From contig JAPYWH010000002.1 of the NCBI GenBank assembly GCA_028276475.1, positions 9,652-73,651 on the forward strand: DNA of 64,000 nucleotides. Reading direction: 5' to 3'. Source of the DNA: Thermocrinis sp. GTDB taxonomy: Bacteria > Aquificota > Aquificia > Aquificales > Aquificaceae. The translations under genes and the position numbers were made by a program. Positions 1 through 10,248 of this stretch are shown here, piece by piece; position 1 is the stretch's first letter, and every line of letters starts with the position of its first letter. The notes under the pieces are model-generated. The model saw nothing but the letters and a program-made list of their open reading frames with translations, had not been told where the DNA came from and searched no databases.

Positions 1-501
1 GCCTTTTTGCACTTGGCGAGCCCTTACTATCCCACTCCCTTAGAGAGCCTTAGCCTTGAGGATTTTATGAACCACCTTATGCCCATAGCCACCGCCTTTT
101 TGTTTTTGACTAAAGAATGTGCCAAGCATATGCAAAAGAACAGCCAAGGTCCCAAGGGAAGGGTGGTTGCCTTTGGCGATTGGGCAACCAACACCACTCC
201 CTACAAAAACTACTCTGCCTATTTCCTTGCCAAGGGGGCACTGCATACTGCCATAAAGGTTCTGGCAAAGGAGTTGGCACCGCACATTTTAGTAAACGGC
301 ATAGCCTTGGGTCCCACCCTAAAGCCTCCTGACTTTTCCCAAGAGAGGTGGGACGCCTACATACAAAAAACGCCCTTGAAGAGGGAGGTATCTTTGGAGG
401 ATGTGGTGGAGCTAACAAAGTATTTGCTAAGGGTGGAGACCATGACCGGTGAGATCATAAACTTAGACAGCGGAAGGCACGTGGCGGGCGAATGCACTTA
501 A
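1..501 (+). CDS. Short-chain dehydrogenase/reductase (pteridine reductase/FolM-like), 5'-partial
   Basis: YxxxK catalytic motif (YFLAK), 'LAKELAPHILVNGIALG' and 'TGEIINLDSGR' SDR C-terminal signatures; frame open from base 1. Confidence 0.8.
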   Translation, partial: AFLHLASPYYPTPLESLSLEDFMNHLMPIATAFLFLTKECAKHMQKNSQGPKGRVVAFGDWATNTTPYKNYSAYFLAKGALHTAIKVLAKELAPHILVNGIALGPTLKPPDFSQERWDAYIQKTPLKREVSLEDVVELTKYLLRVETMTGEIINLDSGRHVAGECT

Positions 502-725
502 ACCTTCTGGCTGTTTAAAAACTCCTGAATTTTCAACTCCACCATATCCCTGTGATAGAGCCTCTCCTTTTTGAGCTTTTCCAGTTCCATCTCCAAGTCG
601 TGGGTCATGGGATGATGCTTTTCCAACTTGTCTATTTGCTTGTCAAGCTCCTCGTGCTTTTCGTAGTGATACCTAAACTCCTTGTCCTCTTGGAAAAGCT
701 TTTGGATGATCTCTTCCCTTGTCAT
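498..725 (-). CDS. YdcH/DUF465 family small coiled-coil protein
   Basis: 75 aa, 'HEELDKQI..LE..LKKERL..RD' pattern. Confidence 0.75.
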   Translation of the reverse strand: MTREEIIQKLFQEDKEFRYHYEKHEELDKQIDKLEKHHPMTHDLEMELEKLKKERLYHRDMVELKIQEFLNSQKV

Positions 726-1129
726 ATTAGGTCCTCCTCTCTTGGTCTTAATAATATTAAACCAGAAACCGTTAGCAGGTAGCCCTCAATCAAAAGGGCA
801 AGGCTCGCAAAGACTATAAAAACCAAAAAGCTAAAGGCAAAGGGAATACCCACCAAAAAGTAGAGCCAAAAGTAGCGGGCGGTTGCCCTCTGGCTCCAGT
901 AGGGCTCTTCCACTTTGATGGGGAACAGCCTTTTACGCAAAAACAGGGCTAAGGAAATAAAGATCACACCCAAAAACAGATTAAAGGCGAGCATACCCAA
1001 GACCAAGTTTGGATGCAAAGGCAGTTTAAAGTAAGGATACAAGGGAAGGCACGCAAAAAAGACAAGGCTAACAAAGCCCAAAGTGGCAAAGAAGAACTGT
1101 CTTGCCCTTTTAAAATAAAGCTCCTTCAT
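722..1129 (-). CDS. Hypothetical membrane protein (about 4 TM)
   Basis: ATG at 1129 overlaps truA stop (ATGA); hydrophobic segments from MKELYF onward; the longer ORF-track start overlaps truA and is unlikely. Confidence 0.7.
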   Translation of the reverse strand: MKELYFKRARQFFFATLGFVSLVFFACLPLYPYFKLPLHPNLVLGMLAFNLFLGVIFISLALFLRKRLFPIKVEEPYWSQRATARYFWLYFLVGIPFAFSFLVFIVFASLALLIEGYLLTVSGLILLRPREEDLI

Positions 1130-1848
1130 AGAAAAACCTTCTCCAAGGTTAAGCCCTTTGCCTGGGCGGTGTAGGGGCACTTTTTTCCCTTTAAAAACTC
1201 CTTTATGTCCTCCAAGTAAAGCTTGCCCATTCCCAAGTATATAAGGGCACCAGCCATACGCCTTACCATATATCTTAAAAATCTCTTTGCCCTCACCCTT
1301 ATCTCCACTATGCCTTCGTTTTCCACCACCTCGCACTCCTCAATCTCCACGAAAGGGTCTTCTTCTCCCTCCAGCTTGGCAAAGCCCGAAAAGTCATGCC
1401 CACCCAAAAATAGCCCGGAAGCCTTTTTCATCTCTTCAAGTTCTAAAGTATAAGGTATCCTCCAAAGGAAGGGCTCCCAAAAGGGGTTCCTTGCGTGGGA
1501 AGGATAAACCCTGTATATGTAGAGCTTGCCCTTTACCGAATACCTTGCGTTAAAGTTTTCTTCCGCCAGCCATACCTCAGAAACTCCCACATCCTCGGGC
1601 AGGAGGGCGTTTAGTGCTTTTAAGAGATTATTCAGAGGAAAAAACTTTGAAGCTTTGAAGTTTGCTATGTAGTCCTTGGCATGGACGCCTGCGTCAGTCC
1701 TGCAACAGCCCGTCGGTCTTATGCCCTCTCCAAATAACTCGTCAAGCGCCTTCTCCAGAACTCCCTGCACCGTCCTTAAGCCCGGTTGCACCTGCCAACC
1801 GTGAAAGTTTGTGCCCACAAAGGAAAGCCGAAGGCAGTAATTATACAT
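1126..1848 (-). CDS. truA: tRNA pseudouridine(38-40) synthase
   Basis: 'GTNFHGWQVQP', 'RTDAGVHA', 'FNARYS', 'RFLRYMVRRMAG' motifs. Confidence 0.95.
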   Translation of the reverse strand: MYNYCLRLSFVGTNFHGWQVQPGLRTVQGVLEKALDELFGEGIRPTGCCRTDAGVHAKDYIANFKASKFFPLNNLLKALNALLPEDVGVSEVWLAEENFNARYSVKGKLYIYRVYPSHARNPFWEPFLWRIPYTLELEEMKKASGLFLGGHDFSGFAKLEGEEDPFVEIEECEVVENEGIVEIRVRAKRFLRYMVRRMAGALIYLGMGKLYLEDIKEFLKGKKCPYTAQAKGLTLEKVFL

Positions 1849-3382
1849 TCCCCCTTCCTCTGAGCCTGACGGGGTCTTTCTTGCTTCTTATCTTTTCCAA
1901 ACTAACATCCTCCTCCACCCTTGGGTCTGGCGTTAGCTTTTTTAGGCTCTCCTCAAAGGCCCTCTGTGGGTCATAAAAGCTCTGTCTTTTAACCTCCTCT
2001 GGGATCAGGTGATAGTCTTCTCTAATTATGGCTTCCGCCAACTCCATGGCGTAAGGAGAAAGGTTTAGCTTTTTTAAGAGTTCATCGCTACCGAGCCCTA
2101 TGTATAGCCCATAGAGGAATACCTTTTCGTGGTAGCTGAGCTTTTGTCCCTCCCTTGAGCTTTCCAAATGCCTTTGACGGGAGAGATGCTCTCCGATCTT
2201 CTCTCTTAGGACCGCCATTGGTAGGTTTGTTTTCTTTGAGAGGGCGCTCAAAAGTTCCATCTGACGGACTTTGTCCTTTACAAAGGCACAAAAATAAAGG
2301 TAGTCTTCTAAAGCCTGCTTGCTGTTTTCCTTTAAAAGGCTATCAAAGATCTCCTCCGCGCTTTCTATGGATTTTCTTAGCTCACTGGCAAACTTTTTTA
2401 CGTAGGTGTCTGGGTCTTCTCCCTCTGGGAGCAAAAGAACTTTTACCTTTATTCCTTCCCTTAAAAGGTAGGGTGCGGTTTGTCTTACTGCCCTCCTGCC
2501 CGCCTGATCTCCATCAAACAGTAGCACCACCTCCTGCACATAGGCGGATAAAAGCTTTGCGTGTTCTTGTCCAAAGGAGGTTCCCATTACCGCCACCGCC
2601 TCCTGAAAGCCCTCCTGATGCATACTCATCACATCAAAGTATCCTTCCACAAGGATCGCCCTCTTCCTCTCCTTTATGTAGCCAAGCCCCTCATAAAAGC
2701 CAAAGAGGATTTCCCTTTTTTTGAAGAACTCCGTCTCGGGAGAGTTTATGTATTTGGGACCCGCGCCCGTCAAAGTCCTACCACCAAAGCCCAAGATGTT
2801 TCCCCTTTGGTCCCTTATGGGAATTATGAGCCTGCCCGCAAAGAGGTCCTTGTAATGTTTTTCGTCTATCCTTAAAAGGTTGCCCGTCTTCTCGTAGGTG
2901 GCTAACAGTTGGTTTTCCCTCAGAAAGCCCAAAAGCTCCTCCGAGGAGGGCGAGTATCCAAGCCTAAACTTTTTTATAGTCCTCTCTGATATACCCCTCT
3001 CTTTGAGGTAATCAACCACCTTTGGATGTTCCCTGAGCTTTCTGTGGTAATATTCCGCCACCAGGTTGATGGCGTTCAAAAGGTTTTCGTCCTTTTTTTT
3101 GCGCTCCAGCTTGACGGGTATTTTGTACTTCTTTGCCAGTTCCAAGAGGGCTTCCGTATAGGTCAGGTTTTCGTAGAGTGCTACAAACTTTACCGCATCG
3201 CCCCCCATACCACAACCAAAGCACTTCCATATACCCTTTGAGGGAGATACATACAAAGAGGGAGTATCGTCCGGGTGAAAGGGACACCTTGCCTTGTAGT
3301 TGTTGCCACTTCTCTCAAGGTCTATGTAAGAGGAGATCACATCCACTATGTCAAGTTTTTTTACCACCTCCCTGAGGTCCAT
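1841..3382 (-). CDS. dnaG: DNA primase
   Basis: Zn finger CPFH..CFGC, 'KYINSPET', Toprim 'VEGYFDV' and 'FDGDQAG'; start may instead be GTG 3391. Confidence 0.97.
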   Translation of the reverse strand: MDLREVVKKLDIVDVISSYIDLERSGNNYKARCPFHPDDTPSLYVSPSKGIWKCFGCGMGGDAVKFVALYENLTYTEALLELAKKYKIPVKLERKKKDENLLNAINLVAEYYHRKLREHPKVVDYLKERGISERTIKKFRLGYSPSSEELLGFLRENQLLATYEKTGNLLRIDEKHYKDLFAGRLIIPIRDQRGNILGFGGRTLTGAGPKYINSPETEFFKKREILFGFYEGLGYIKERKRAILVEGYFDVMSMHQEGFQEAVAVMGTSFGQEHAKLLSAYVQEVVLLFDGDQAGRRAVRQTAPYLLREGIKVKVLLLPEGEDPDTYVKKFASELRKSIESAEEIFDSLLKENSKQALEDYLYFCAFVKDKVRQMELLSALSKKTNLPMAVLREKIGEHLSRQRHLESSREGQKLSYHEKVFLYGLYIGLGSDELLKKLNLSPYAMELAEAIIREDYHLIPEEVKRQSFYDPQRAFEESLKKLTPDPRVEEDVSLEKIRSKKDPVRLRGRGNV

Positions 3383-3383
3383 A

Positions 3384-4466
3384 TCAAACACCTTGCAGTG
3401 AGGCGCGCAGTTTCTCCTCCATCTCGTGCTCCTCTAAGGCGGAGATGATCTCATCAAGCTTTCCTTCTAAGATGTCCTGAAGGCGATGGGAGGTGTAGTT
3501 GATGCGATGGTCTGTAACCCTGTTTTGTGGAAAGTTGTAGGTTCTGATCTTTTCGCTCCTTTCCCCAGTTCCCACCTGCTCCCTCCTCTCCTGTGCGATC
3601 TTTTCTTCCTTTTGCCTCTCGTAGTGATCCTTTAGCCTTGCGTAGAGTATTTTCATAGCCTTTAGCTTATTCTGAAATTGGGAACGCTCGTCTTGGCAGG
3701 ATACCACTATCCCCGTGGGTAAGTGGGTGATCCGGACCGCAGTCTCAGTGGTATTCACATACTGCCCACCCGCACCACTGGCACGAAAGGTTTCTATCTT
3801 TAGGTCCTCCGGGTTTATTTGCACCTCCGTCTCGTCTGCCTCAGGAAGGACAGCTACTGTGGCGGTGGAGGTGTGTATTCTTCCTCCCGCTTCCGTTTTT
3901 GGCACCCTCTGGACCCTATGAACCCCACTTTCATACTTTAACTTCGCGTAGGCGTCCTTACCCTCAATTAGGGCTATAACCTCCTTGTATCCTCCGAGCC
4001 CTGTCTTTTGGGCGCTAAGTATGGAAAACTTCCAGCCTTTTTCCTCTGCGTACTTTTGATACATGTTCAGCAAGTCGGCAGCAAAGAGGGCAGCCTCTTC
4101 GCCACCAACCCCCGCCCTGATTTCCAGTATAACATTTTTAGAATCCTTTTCATCCTTTGGAACCAACAGCCGTTTTATCTCCTTTTCTAACTCCTCCTTT
4201 TCTTTTTCTAACCTTTTGAGTTCCTCCTTTGCTAAATCTTCAAACTCCTTGTTTTCCAAAAGTTCCTTGGCAGATTCCATTTCCCTCTTTATCTTTGCAT
4301 ATTTGTTGTATGCCTCGTAGGCAGGCTCCAACTCCTTGAATTCTTTGCTTAGCTTGGAGTAAAGGTCTATGTCCTTTAGGGTCTCTGGGTCTGAGAGCTT
4401 AGCCTGAAGTTGAATGTATTTTTGGTGTAATACCCTTAGTCTTTCCTCTAAGTCCTTATGAAGCAT
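3384..4466 (-). CDS. prfA: Peptide chain release factor 1
   Basis: GGQ motif, 'ESGVHRVQRVP', 'IRTYNFPQNRVTDHRI'. Confidence 0.97.
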   Translation of the reverse strand: MLHKDLEERLRVLHQKYIQLQAKLSDPETLKDIDLYSKLSKEFKELEPAYEAYNKYAKIKREMESAKELLENKEFEDLAKEELKRLEKEKEELEKEIKRLLVPKDEKDSKNVILEIRAGVGGEEAALFAADLLNMYQKYAEEKGWKFSILSAQKTGLGGYKEVIALIEGKDAYAKLKYESGVHRVQRVPKTEAGGRIHTSTATVAVLPEADETEVQINPEDLKIETFRASGAGGQYVNTTETAVRITHLPTGIVVSCQDERSQFQNKLKAMKILYARLKDHYERQKEEKIAQERREQVGTGERSEKIRTYNFPQNRVTDHRINYTSHRLQDILEGKLDEIISALEEHEMEEKLRASLQGV

Positions 4467-4653
4467 CGACGGACTTTCCTGCAGTCTCCAGCAGGAAGGG
4501 TTTGATCCTCAACTTGCCCGTATAGAAGGGGTGGCAAGCGTTGCACGCTTCAAGATAGACAGTGCCACCTTTTGTGGAAAGCAGTGTAAAGGTGTTCCCA
4601 CACCCACACACAAAGGTGGTAGGCTTCAATTCAGGATGAATACCCTTCTTCAT
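4456..4653 (-). CDS. rpmE: 50S ribosomal protein L31 (Zn-binding type)
   Basis: 'MKKGIHP', CGCGN and CNACHPFYTGK. Confidence 0.95.
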   Translation of the reverse strand: MKKGIHPELKPTTFVCGCGNTFTLLSTKGGTVYLEACNACHPFYTGKLRIKPFLLETAGKSVDAS

Positions 4654-4722
4654 TTTTGCACCTCCAAAAGAGTGAGAGATATATATTATATCCCTTATAA
4701 TCAGAAAACAAGGAGGTTTGGT

Positions 4723-5166
4723 ATGCTGACGCCAGAACAGTTAAGGGTTTTAAAGGAAAGGCTTGAAGAAGAAAGGGCAAAGCTCTTGGAAAGGTTCAGA
4801 AAAATTGAAGACACGCAGAGTAAGATCGGAGAGCAGATAAGGGAGCCGGGGGACCAAGAGGACCTGAGCCAAATGACTTACACCCAAGAGGTCCTTGATA
4901 ATCTTTCCGCAAGGGAGATGTTCATAATAAGGGAAATAGACTATGCAATGCAAAAGCTTCGGGCGGGCACCTACGGTGTATGTGAATACTGCGGAGAGTA
5001 CATAGAGTATGAGAGACTGTTAGCTATACCTTGGACTAGATACCATGCGGTCTGTGCAGAAAAAGCAGAAGAGGAGGGCATAGTGCCTACCTATACACCC
5101 ATTATCTTTGAAGGCACACTGCCGGAAGAGATGGAAATTCAGAGGGAAGATATTACGGAGGCATGA
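4723..5166 (+). CDS. DksA/TraR family Zn-finger protein
   Basis: Start MLTPEQL after AAGGAGG; coiled coil with D-x-x-D, 'GTYGVCEYCGEYI..ERLLAIPWTRYHAVC'. Confidence 0.85.
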   Translation: MLTPEQLRVLKERLEEERAKLLERFRKIEDTQSKIGEQIREPGDQEDLSQMTYTQEVLDNLSAREMFIIREIDYAMQKLRAGTYGVCEYCGEYIEYERLLAIPWTRYHAVCAEKAEEEGIVPTYTPIIFEGTLPEEMEIQREDITEA

Positions 5167-6323
5167 GGTTTGATTTTTACCTGCCCGTTGAAGTCCTCTT
5201 TGGAAGTGGAAGGCTAAACGCCTTAGGAGAGGTTGCCAAAAGATACGGCTACAGGGCAATAATCATAACTGGTAAGCATAGCACCAAAGAGAGCGGAGCT
5301 TTAGAGAGGGCAATGCATTCCCTCAAAAGATGGGGTGCGGAGGAGGTGATCCTTTACGACCGGGTGGAGCCAAACCCTACCGATCAAATGGTAAATGAAG
5401 CGAGCGCCATAGTGGTGGAAAATAAGATAGACTACATAGTGGGCTTGGGGGGAGGAAGTGCCTTGGACACCGCCAAAGCGGTTTCCATTGTTTCCTCCAA
5501 CGAGGGCTACGCATGGGATTATGTGAATTATCCAGAGGGTCCCAGGCTCATTCCCTACCTCAACAGACCGGTAATATGCATACCAACCACTGCGGGCACG
5601 GGTAGCGAGGTAAACAGATACTCGGTTATATCAAACCCAAAGAGAAAGGAAAAGCTGGTCATCTCTCACTCCCTGAACTATCCAAAGGTTGCCATCATAG
5701 ACCCAACCCTGACCCTTTCCATGGGTCCAAGGCTAACCGCCATCACGGGAGTGGATGCCTTTGTCCATGCCCTTGAATCCCTTACCAACAAGGTGGAAAA
5801 CACCTTTGCGGACGATTTAGCGATAAAAGCCCTGAGGATTATCAAAGAGTGGCTACCGGTGGCGGTTAATGAGCCGGAGAACCTAACCGCAAGGGAGTGG
5901 ATGGGCTATGCGTCCATGCTGGCGGGCATAGCCATAGACAAAAAGAGGGTAGCCCTAATACACGGCATGGAACACCCTGTTTCCGCCCACTATCCGAATA
6001 TAGCCCACGCGGAGGGACTTGCGGCGCTTGCCCCGGCAATAACCGCCTTCAACTACAGAGGGAACCCACACAAGTATGCCCTCTTTGCGGAGATTATGGG
6101 CTATGAACCAAAGCCCGAAAAGGCTGTGGATGCGGTTGTTGAGCTCTTGGAAAAGGTGGGATTGAGGGTTTCTCTCAAAGAGCTTGGTGTGGAACGGGAG
6201 AAGTTAGAGAGACTAACAGAAGATACCTATATGCTCTCCAGAGGGATCTTTCCCATAAACCCGGTGGAGCCAAGTATGGAAGACATACACGAGCTCTATG
6301 TGAAGGCTTATGAGGGCTTTTGA
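5163..6323 (+). CDS. Iron-containing alcohol dehydrogenase
   Basis: 'GLGGGSALDTAK', 'IPTTAGTGSEV', 'DAFVHALES', 'HGMEH'. Confidence 0.92.
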   Translation: MRFDFYLPVEVLFGSGRLNALGEVAKRYGYRAIIITGKHSTKESGALERAMHSLKRWGAEEVILYDRVEPNPTDQMVNEASAIVVENKIDYIVGLGGGSALDTAKAVSIVSSNEGYAWDYVNYPEGPRLIPYLNRPVICIPTTAGTGSEVNRYSVISNPKRKEKLVISHSLNYPKVAIIDPTLTLSMGPRLTAITGVDAFVHALESLTNKVENTFADDLAIKALRIIKEWLPVAVNEPENLTAREWMGYASMLAGIAIDKKRVALIHGMEHPVSAHYPNIAHAEGLAALAPAITAFNYRGNPHKYALFAEIMGYEPKPEKAVDAVVELLEKVGLRVSLKELGVEREKLERLTEDTYMLSRGIFPINPVEPSMEDIHELYVKAYEGF

Positions 6324-8410
6324 GCCTCCGCCAAGACAAAGCTTAGCCTACCCCTCTCCTCATCCACTGATATTAGCTTTACCTTGACCTTGTCTCCTAA
6401 GCGATAGACCTTGCCCGTTCTGTAGCCCACAAGCCGATGGGCTTTTTCGTCGTATATGTATTCATCCTCCTCCAAAGACGCCACATTGACCAAACCCTCC
6501 ACCAAGTAATCTTTAAGCTCCACAAAAAAGCCAAAGGATACCACGCCCGTTATTATGCCCTCAAAGTCCTCCCCTATGTGTGCCCTCATGAGCCTCACCT
6601 TTAACCGGTCTATGGCTTCCCTTTCCACATCCTCCGCCAACTCCTCCTGTAGGGAAAGGTGCTCTCCCACCATTTCCAAGTAGCTAACCGTCTGCTCGTA
6701 GTTTATGCTTTCCCCTCTGAGGGCTTTCTTCAAAAGCCTATGAACCACCAGGTCCGCATACCTTCTTATGGGAGAGGTAAAGTGTGCGTATCCGTCGCTG
6801 GCAAGCCCAAAGTGTCCCAAATTGTGTGGAGAATACCTTGCCTTCATCATACTGCGCAAGGTCAAAAACCTAACCAAGTGCTCTTCATCCCTACCTTCAA
6901 AGTCCTCTATGATTTTTTGGAAAAACTTGGGCTCAAGGGAAAACCTTTTAACTTTGTAGCCAAGTCCCTCTAATATCTCCAGTAGATTTTCCACCTTTTT
7001 TGGGTCTGGCTTTTCATGAACCCTGTAAAGGCAGGGATAGCCCATGCTGGCAAGATGCTTTGCCACCGTTTCGTTGGCGGAGATCATAAAGTGCTCTATA
7101 ATTCGGTGGGCTATGTGGCGCTCATAGGGCACTATGGCGGTAGGTTCCCCATATTCATCCACTATCAACTCTGCCTCTGGCAGGTCAAAGTCTATGCTAC
7201 CCCTCTCCCACCTTCTGTAAGAGAGAATTCGGTATAGGTCCTCCATGAGCCTGAGTGGTTCTACAAGGTCTGGATACTTCTTCTCAAGGGCTGGGTCCCC
7301 TACGATAAGTCGCAGGGCTTCGTCGTATGTTAGCCTTGCCTTGCTCCTTATTACGCTCTCGTAGATGTCATACCATAGCAGGTCTCCCTTTGGGCTAAAG
7401 ACCATCTCACAGGTAAAGGCAAGCTTGTCTTCATTGGGCTTTAGACTGCAAAGGTCTGCGGAGAGCCTTTCCGGTAGCATGTGGATTGCCCTGTCGGGCA
7501 GATAAAAGGTAAAGCCCCTCTCAAAGGCGCTTTTGTCAAGGGCGGAGCCCTCCCTTACAAAGTAAGACACGTCCGCTATATGCACCCAGAGGCGGTAGTT
7601 CCCCTCGGGCGTTTTCTCTATGGCGACCGCATCGTCAAAGTCCCTCGCCTTTGGTGGGTCTATGGTAAAGCATACCTGATCCCTTAGGTCCCTTCTCCTC
7701 TTGAGCTCCTTCTCCCAATCTATGGAAAGGCTTTGGGCTTCTTTTAGAACTTCCGGCTCGTAATCCTGAGGTAGCTTATACTTGTGGATGATTATATCCA
7801 CAATGAGGTTCTTTTCTGCTGGGTCTCCAAGGACCTTTTTAACTTTGCCCAACATTGGGCTCTCTTTGGAAGGGTATCGCACAATTTCCGCCAATATTAC
7901 GGTGCCTTCCTTTAACTCTTTGCAGGCATCCTTTGGCAGAAAGACCCTGTGAAAGCTGTTTTGGTCCAAGGGAACTCCCACACACTGTCCCTTTTCTTTT
8001 TTTATAGAACAGACCAACTCCTTTGTGCCCCTCTTTAGAACCTTTAGCACCCTTATTTCCTTTTTGCCTTTGAATTCCACCACCTTAGCCTTGACCCTGT
8101 CTCCGTGCAAGAGCCTTTCCATCTCAAAGGGTGGTATGTATATATCCTTTTTGCCTTCTCCCACTTCAAGAAAACCAAAGCCGTTGGGATTTGCCAAAAC
8201 TGTGCCTGCCACCACCTCCTCCTGCGCCAACCTATACCTTCCGCCATCCACCATAATTGTTCCTTCCTTTTTTAGCTTTTTCAGAAGCTTTTTCAACGCC
8301 TTTCTACCCTTTTTGTCCAAAGACAAAAGGTGGGCAAGCTCGTTAAAATGCAGAGGCTTTTTGCTAAGGGCTTTTATAATATCCTTCTCCTCAAGGGAAA
8401 TTTCAGCCAT
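6308..8410 (-). CDS. rnr: Ribonuclease R
   Basis: N-terminal HTH/CSD, RNB 'TIDPPKARDFDDA', 'HFTSPIRRYADL', C-terminal S1. Confidence 0.95.
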   Translation of the reverse strand: MAEISLEEKDIIKALSKKPLHFNELAHLLSLDKKGRKALKKLLKKLKKEGTIMVDGGRYRLAQEEVVAGTVLANPNGFGFLEVGEGKKDIYIPPFEMERLLHGDRVKAKVVEFKGKKEIRVLKVLKRGTKELVCSIKKEKGQCVGVPLDQNSFHRVFLPKDACKELKEGTVILAEIVRYPSKESPMLGKVKKVLGDPAEKNLIVDIIIHKYKLPQDYEPEVLKEAQSLSIDWEKELKRRRDLRDQVCFTIDPPKARDFDDAVAIEKTPEGNYRLWVHIADVSYFVREGSALDKSAFERGFTFYLPDRAIHMLPERLSADLCSLKPNEDKLAFTCEMVFSPKGDLLWYDIYESVIRSKARLTYDEALRLIVGDPALEKKYPDLVEPLRLMEDLYRILSYRRWERGSIDFDLPEAELIVDEYGEPTAIVPYERHIAHRIIEHFMISANETVAKHLASMGYPCLYRVHEKPDPKKVENLLEILEGLGYKVKRFSLEPKFFQKIIEDFEGRDEEHLVRFLTLRSMMKARYSPHNLGHFGLASDGYAHFTSPIRRYADLVVHRLLKKALRGESINYEQTVSYLEMVGEHLSLQEELAEDVEREAIDRLKVRLMRAHIGEDFEGIITGVVSFGFFVELKDYLVEGLVNVASLEEDEYIYDEKAHRLVGYRTGKVYRLGDKVKVKLISVDEERGRLSFVLAEAQKPS

Positions 8411-8452
8411 AGCCTCTGCCGAGGTTTAAAATTTTAAACTATTTTTATTACG

Positions 8453-9694
8453 ATGATGGTAAAAGATCAGATTCTCTACGAACTTTATAAAGGAAAAGAT
8501 TATCACATTGAACCCACCTTAGAGAGGATTGAAAAGGCGGTTGAGTATGTGGGTTTAAAAGAGCCCTCCTATGTGTCCCTTTTGGTAGGAGGCACCAATG
8601 GGAAAGGCTCTACCTGTGCCTTTGCGGAGCGTATTCTCAGGGAGCATGGCTACAAAACCGGTTGGTTTGTCTCTCCGCATCTTTACGATGAGAGGGAAAG
8701 ATGGAGGCTGAACGGACAAAAGATAGAGCAAGAGAGGTTAAAGGAGTATGTAAAGGAGCTAAAGGGCGTCTTTGAAAGGTTTAACCTTACCTACTTTGAA
8801 GCTTGCACCCTAATAGCCCTAAAGTTCTTTGAGGATGAAAAGGTGGATTTTGCAGTCTTTGAGGTGGGAATGGGAGGCAGGTGGGACGCCACCAGAACCT
8901 GCAGACCTTCCGCCTGTGCCATAACCAACGTTCAGAGAGACCATGTAAAGTGGCTGGGTAAAAGTCCCGAAGAGAGGGCTTATGAAAAGCTGGGCATATA
9001 TGTGCCCGGCAGACCCATTGTGATCGGCAGTCCTAAGGAACCTCTATATCCCAAAGCCTTGGAGTTATGCGATCTGAAGGACTTGATCGTGGCGGGCATG
9101 GACTTTTTTGCCTACGGCAGAGTGGAGGGCATGCAAACCTACTTGGAGAACTTTAGCTCTGACTTTTTTTCAATAAGCTCCGCCAAGCTGGGGCTTTGGG
9201 GCAAGTGGCAAATAGACAATGCAAGCGTAGCTATTGCTTTGGTAAGCCAAGTTATAAAACTAAAAGAAGACCACACGAGAAGAGCCCTTGAGAGAACAAG
9301 GTGGGAGGGAAGGATGGAAATTTTGAGGGAAAACCCCCTGCTGGTAATAGACGGTGCCCATAACCCGGATGGTGTCAAAAGGGTAGTCCATCAGTTGATA
9401 AAACATGGCATAAAGCTAACTCCCGTATTTACCGGGCTAAAGGACAAGGAGTGGAGAGAGTCTATGACTTTTCTCCGAAAGCTTTCAGAAAAGATCTATT
9501 TGGTGCCCATCAACCACCACAGGGGAGAAGGGCTATCTGAACTGGTGCAACAAGCCCAAAGGCTGAACTTTAGGGAGGTCGTCCCTCTGAGCTCTGCGGG
9601 AGATGTTTTTGGGCTAAAGGAGGATGTGCTAGTGCTTGGCTCTCTATACTTGTTGGGAGAAGTAAAGGAATGTCTGGAAGAAAAGAGGGAGTAG
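8453..9694 (+). CDS. folC: Folylpolyglutamate synthase/dihydrofolate synthase
   Basis: 'GGTNGKGST', 'EVGMGGRWDAT', 'DGAHNPDG'. Confidence 0.95.
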   Translation: MMVKDQILYELYKGKDYHIEPTLERIEKAVEYVGLKEPSYVSLLVGGTNGKGSTCAFAERILREHGYKTGWFVSPHLYDERERWRLNGQKIEQERLKEYVKELKGVFERFNLTYFEACTLIALKFFEDEKVDFAVFEVGMGGRWDATRTCRPSACAITNVQRDHVKWLGKSPEERAYEKLGIYVPGRPIVIGSPKEPLYPKALELCDLKDLIVAGMDFFAYGRVEGMQTYLENFSSDFFSISSAKLGLWGKWQIDNASVAIALVSQVIKLKEDHTRRALERTRWEGRMEILRENPLLVIDGAHNPDGVKRVVHQLIKHGIKLTPVFTGLKDKEWRESMTFLRKLSEKIYLVPINHHRGEGLSELVQQAQRLNFREVVPLSSAGDVFGLKEDVLVLGSLYLLGEVKECLEEKRE

Positions 9695-10236
9695 TTTTTG
9701 TAGGCTCTTTTAGGGAGAACTTTCCAGAGGATCATAGAAGGCATGTGGTCTTTGTGGGAAGGTCCAATGTGGGTAAATCCTCGCTTATAAACATGCTGGT
9801 GGGCAAAAAGGTAGCCCATGTTAGCAAAGAGCCAGGCAGGACGAGGGATATTAACTTCTTCCTGTGGGATGATGGGCTATATCTGGTGGATGTGCCTGGT
9901 TATGGCTATGCAAAGGTTTCCGGTGAAGAAAGGGAAAGGTGGAGGCTTATGATGGAAAAATATTTTACCCAGTGCAAAGAAAAAATCCAATGGGTGTTTT
10001 TGCTCATAGACAGCAAAGTAGGACCTACACCCTTAGATAGGTCTATGATAGAGTTTCTTTCTTCTTTTAACCTATCCTATGTGCTCGTTTTGACAAAAGG
10101 AGATAAAGCAGATCAGAGGGAAAAAGAGAAAACCATAAAGGAACTGAGCCTTCTTTCAAAAGCACCAATTCTTATAACATCAGCCAAGGAGGGGAAAGGT
10201 AAAAGGGAGCTTTTAAAGTTCCTGAAAGTTGAATAA
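9670..10236 (+). CDS. yihA: Ribosome biogenesis GTPase YihA/YsxC (EngB)
   Basis: 'GRSNVGKSSLIN', 'PGRTR', 'DVPGYGYA', 'TKGDK'. Confidence 0.93.
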   Translation: MSGRKEGVVFVGSFRENFPEDHRRHVVFVGRSNVGKSSLINMLVGKKVAHVSKEPGRTRDINFFLWDDGLYLVDVPGYGYAKVSGEERERWRLMMEKYFTQCKEKIQWVFLLIDSKVGPTPLDRSMIEFLSSFNLSYVLVLTKGDKADQREKEKTIKELSLLSKAPILITSAKEGKGKRELLKFLKVE

Positions 10237-10248
10237 ATTTAGTTAAAT

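Noticed and set aside
4456-4520. Atypical C-terminus of L31 suggesting a frameshift
   Set aside because: Aquifex-type L31 as recalled also ends with a divergent 'KLKIKP...' tail, so it is likely lineage-normal.
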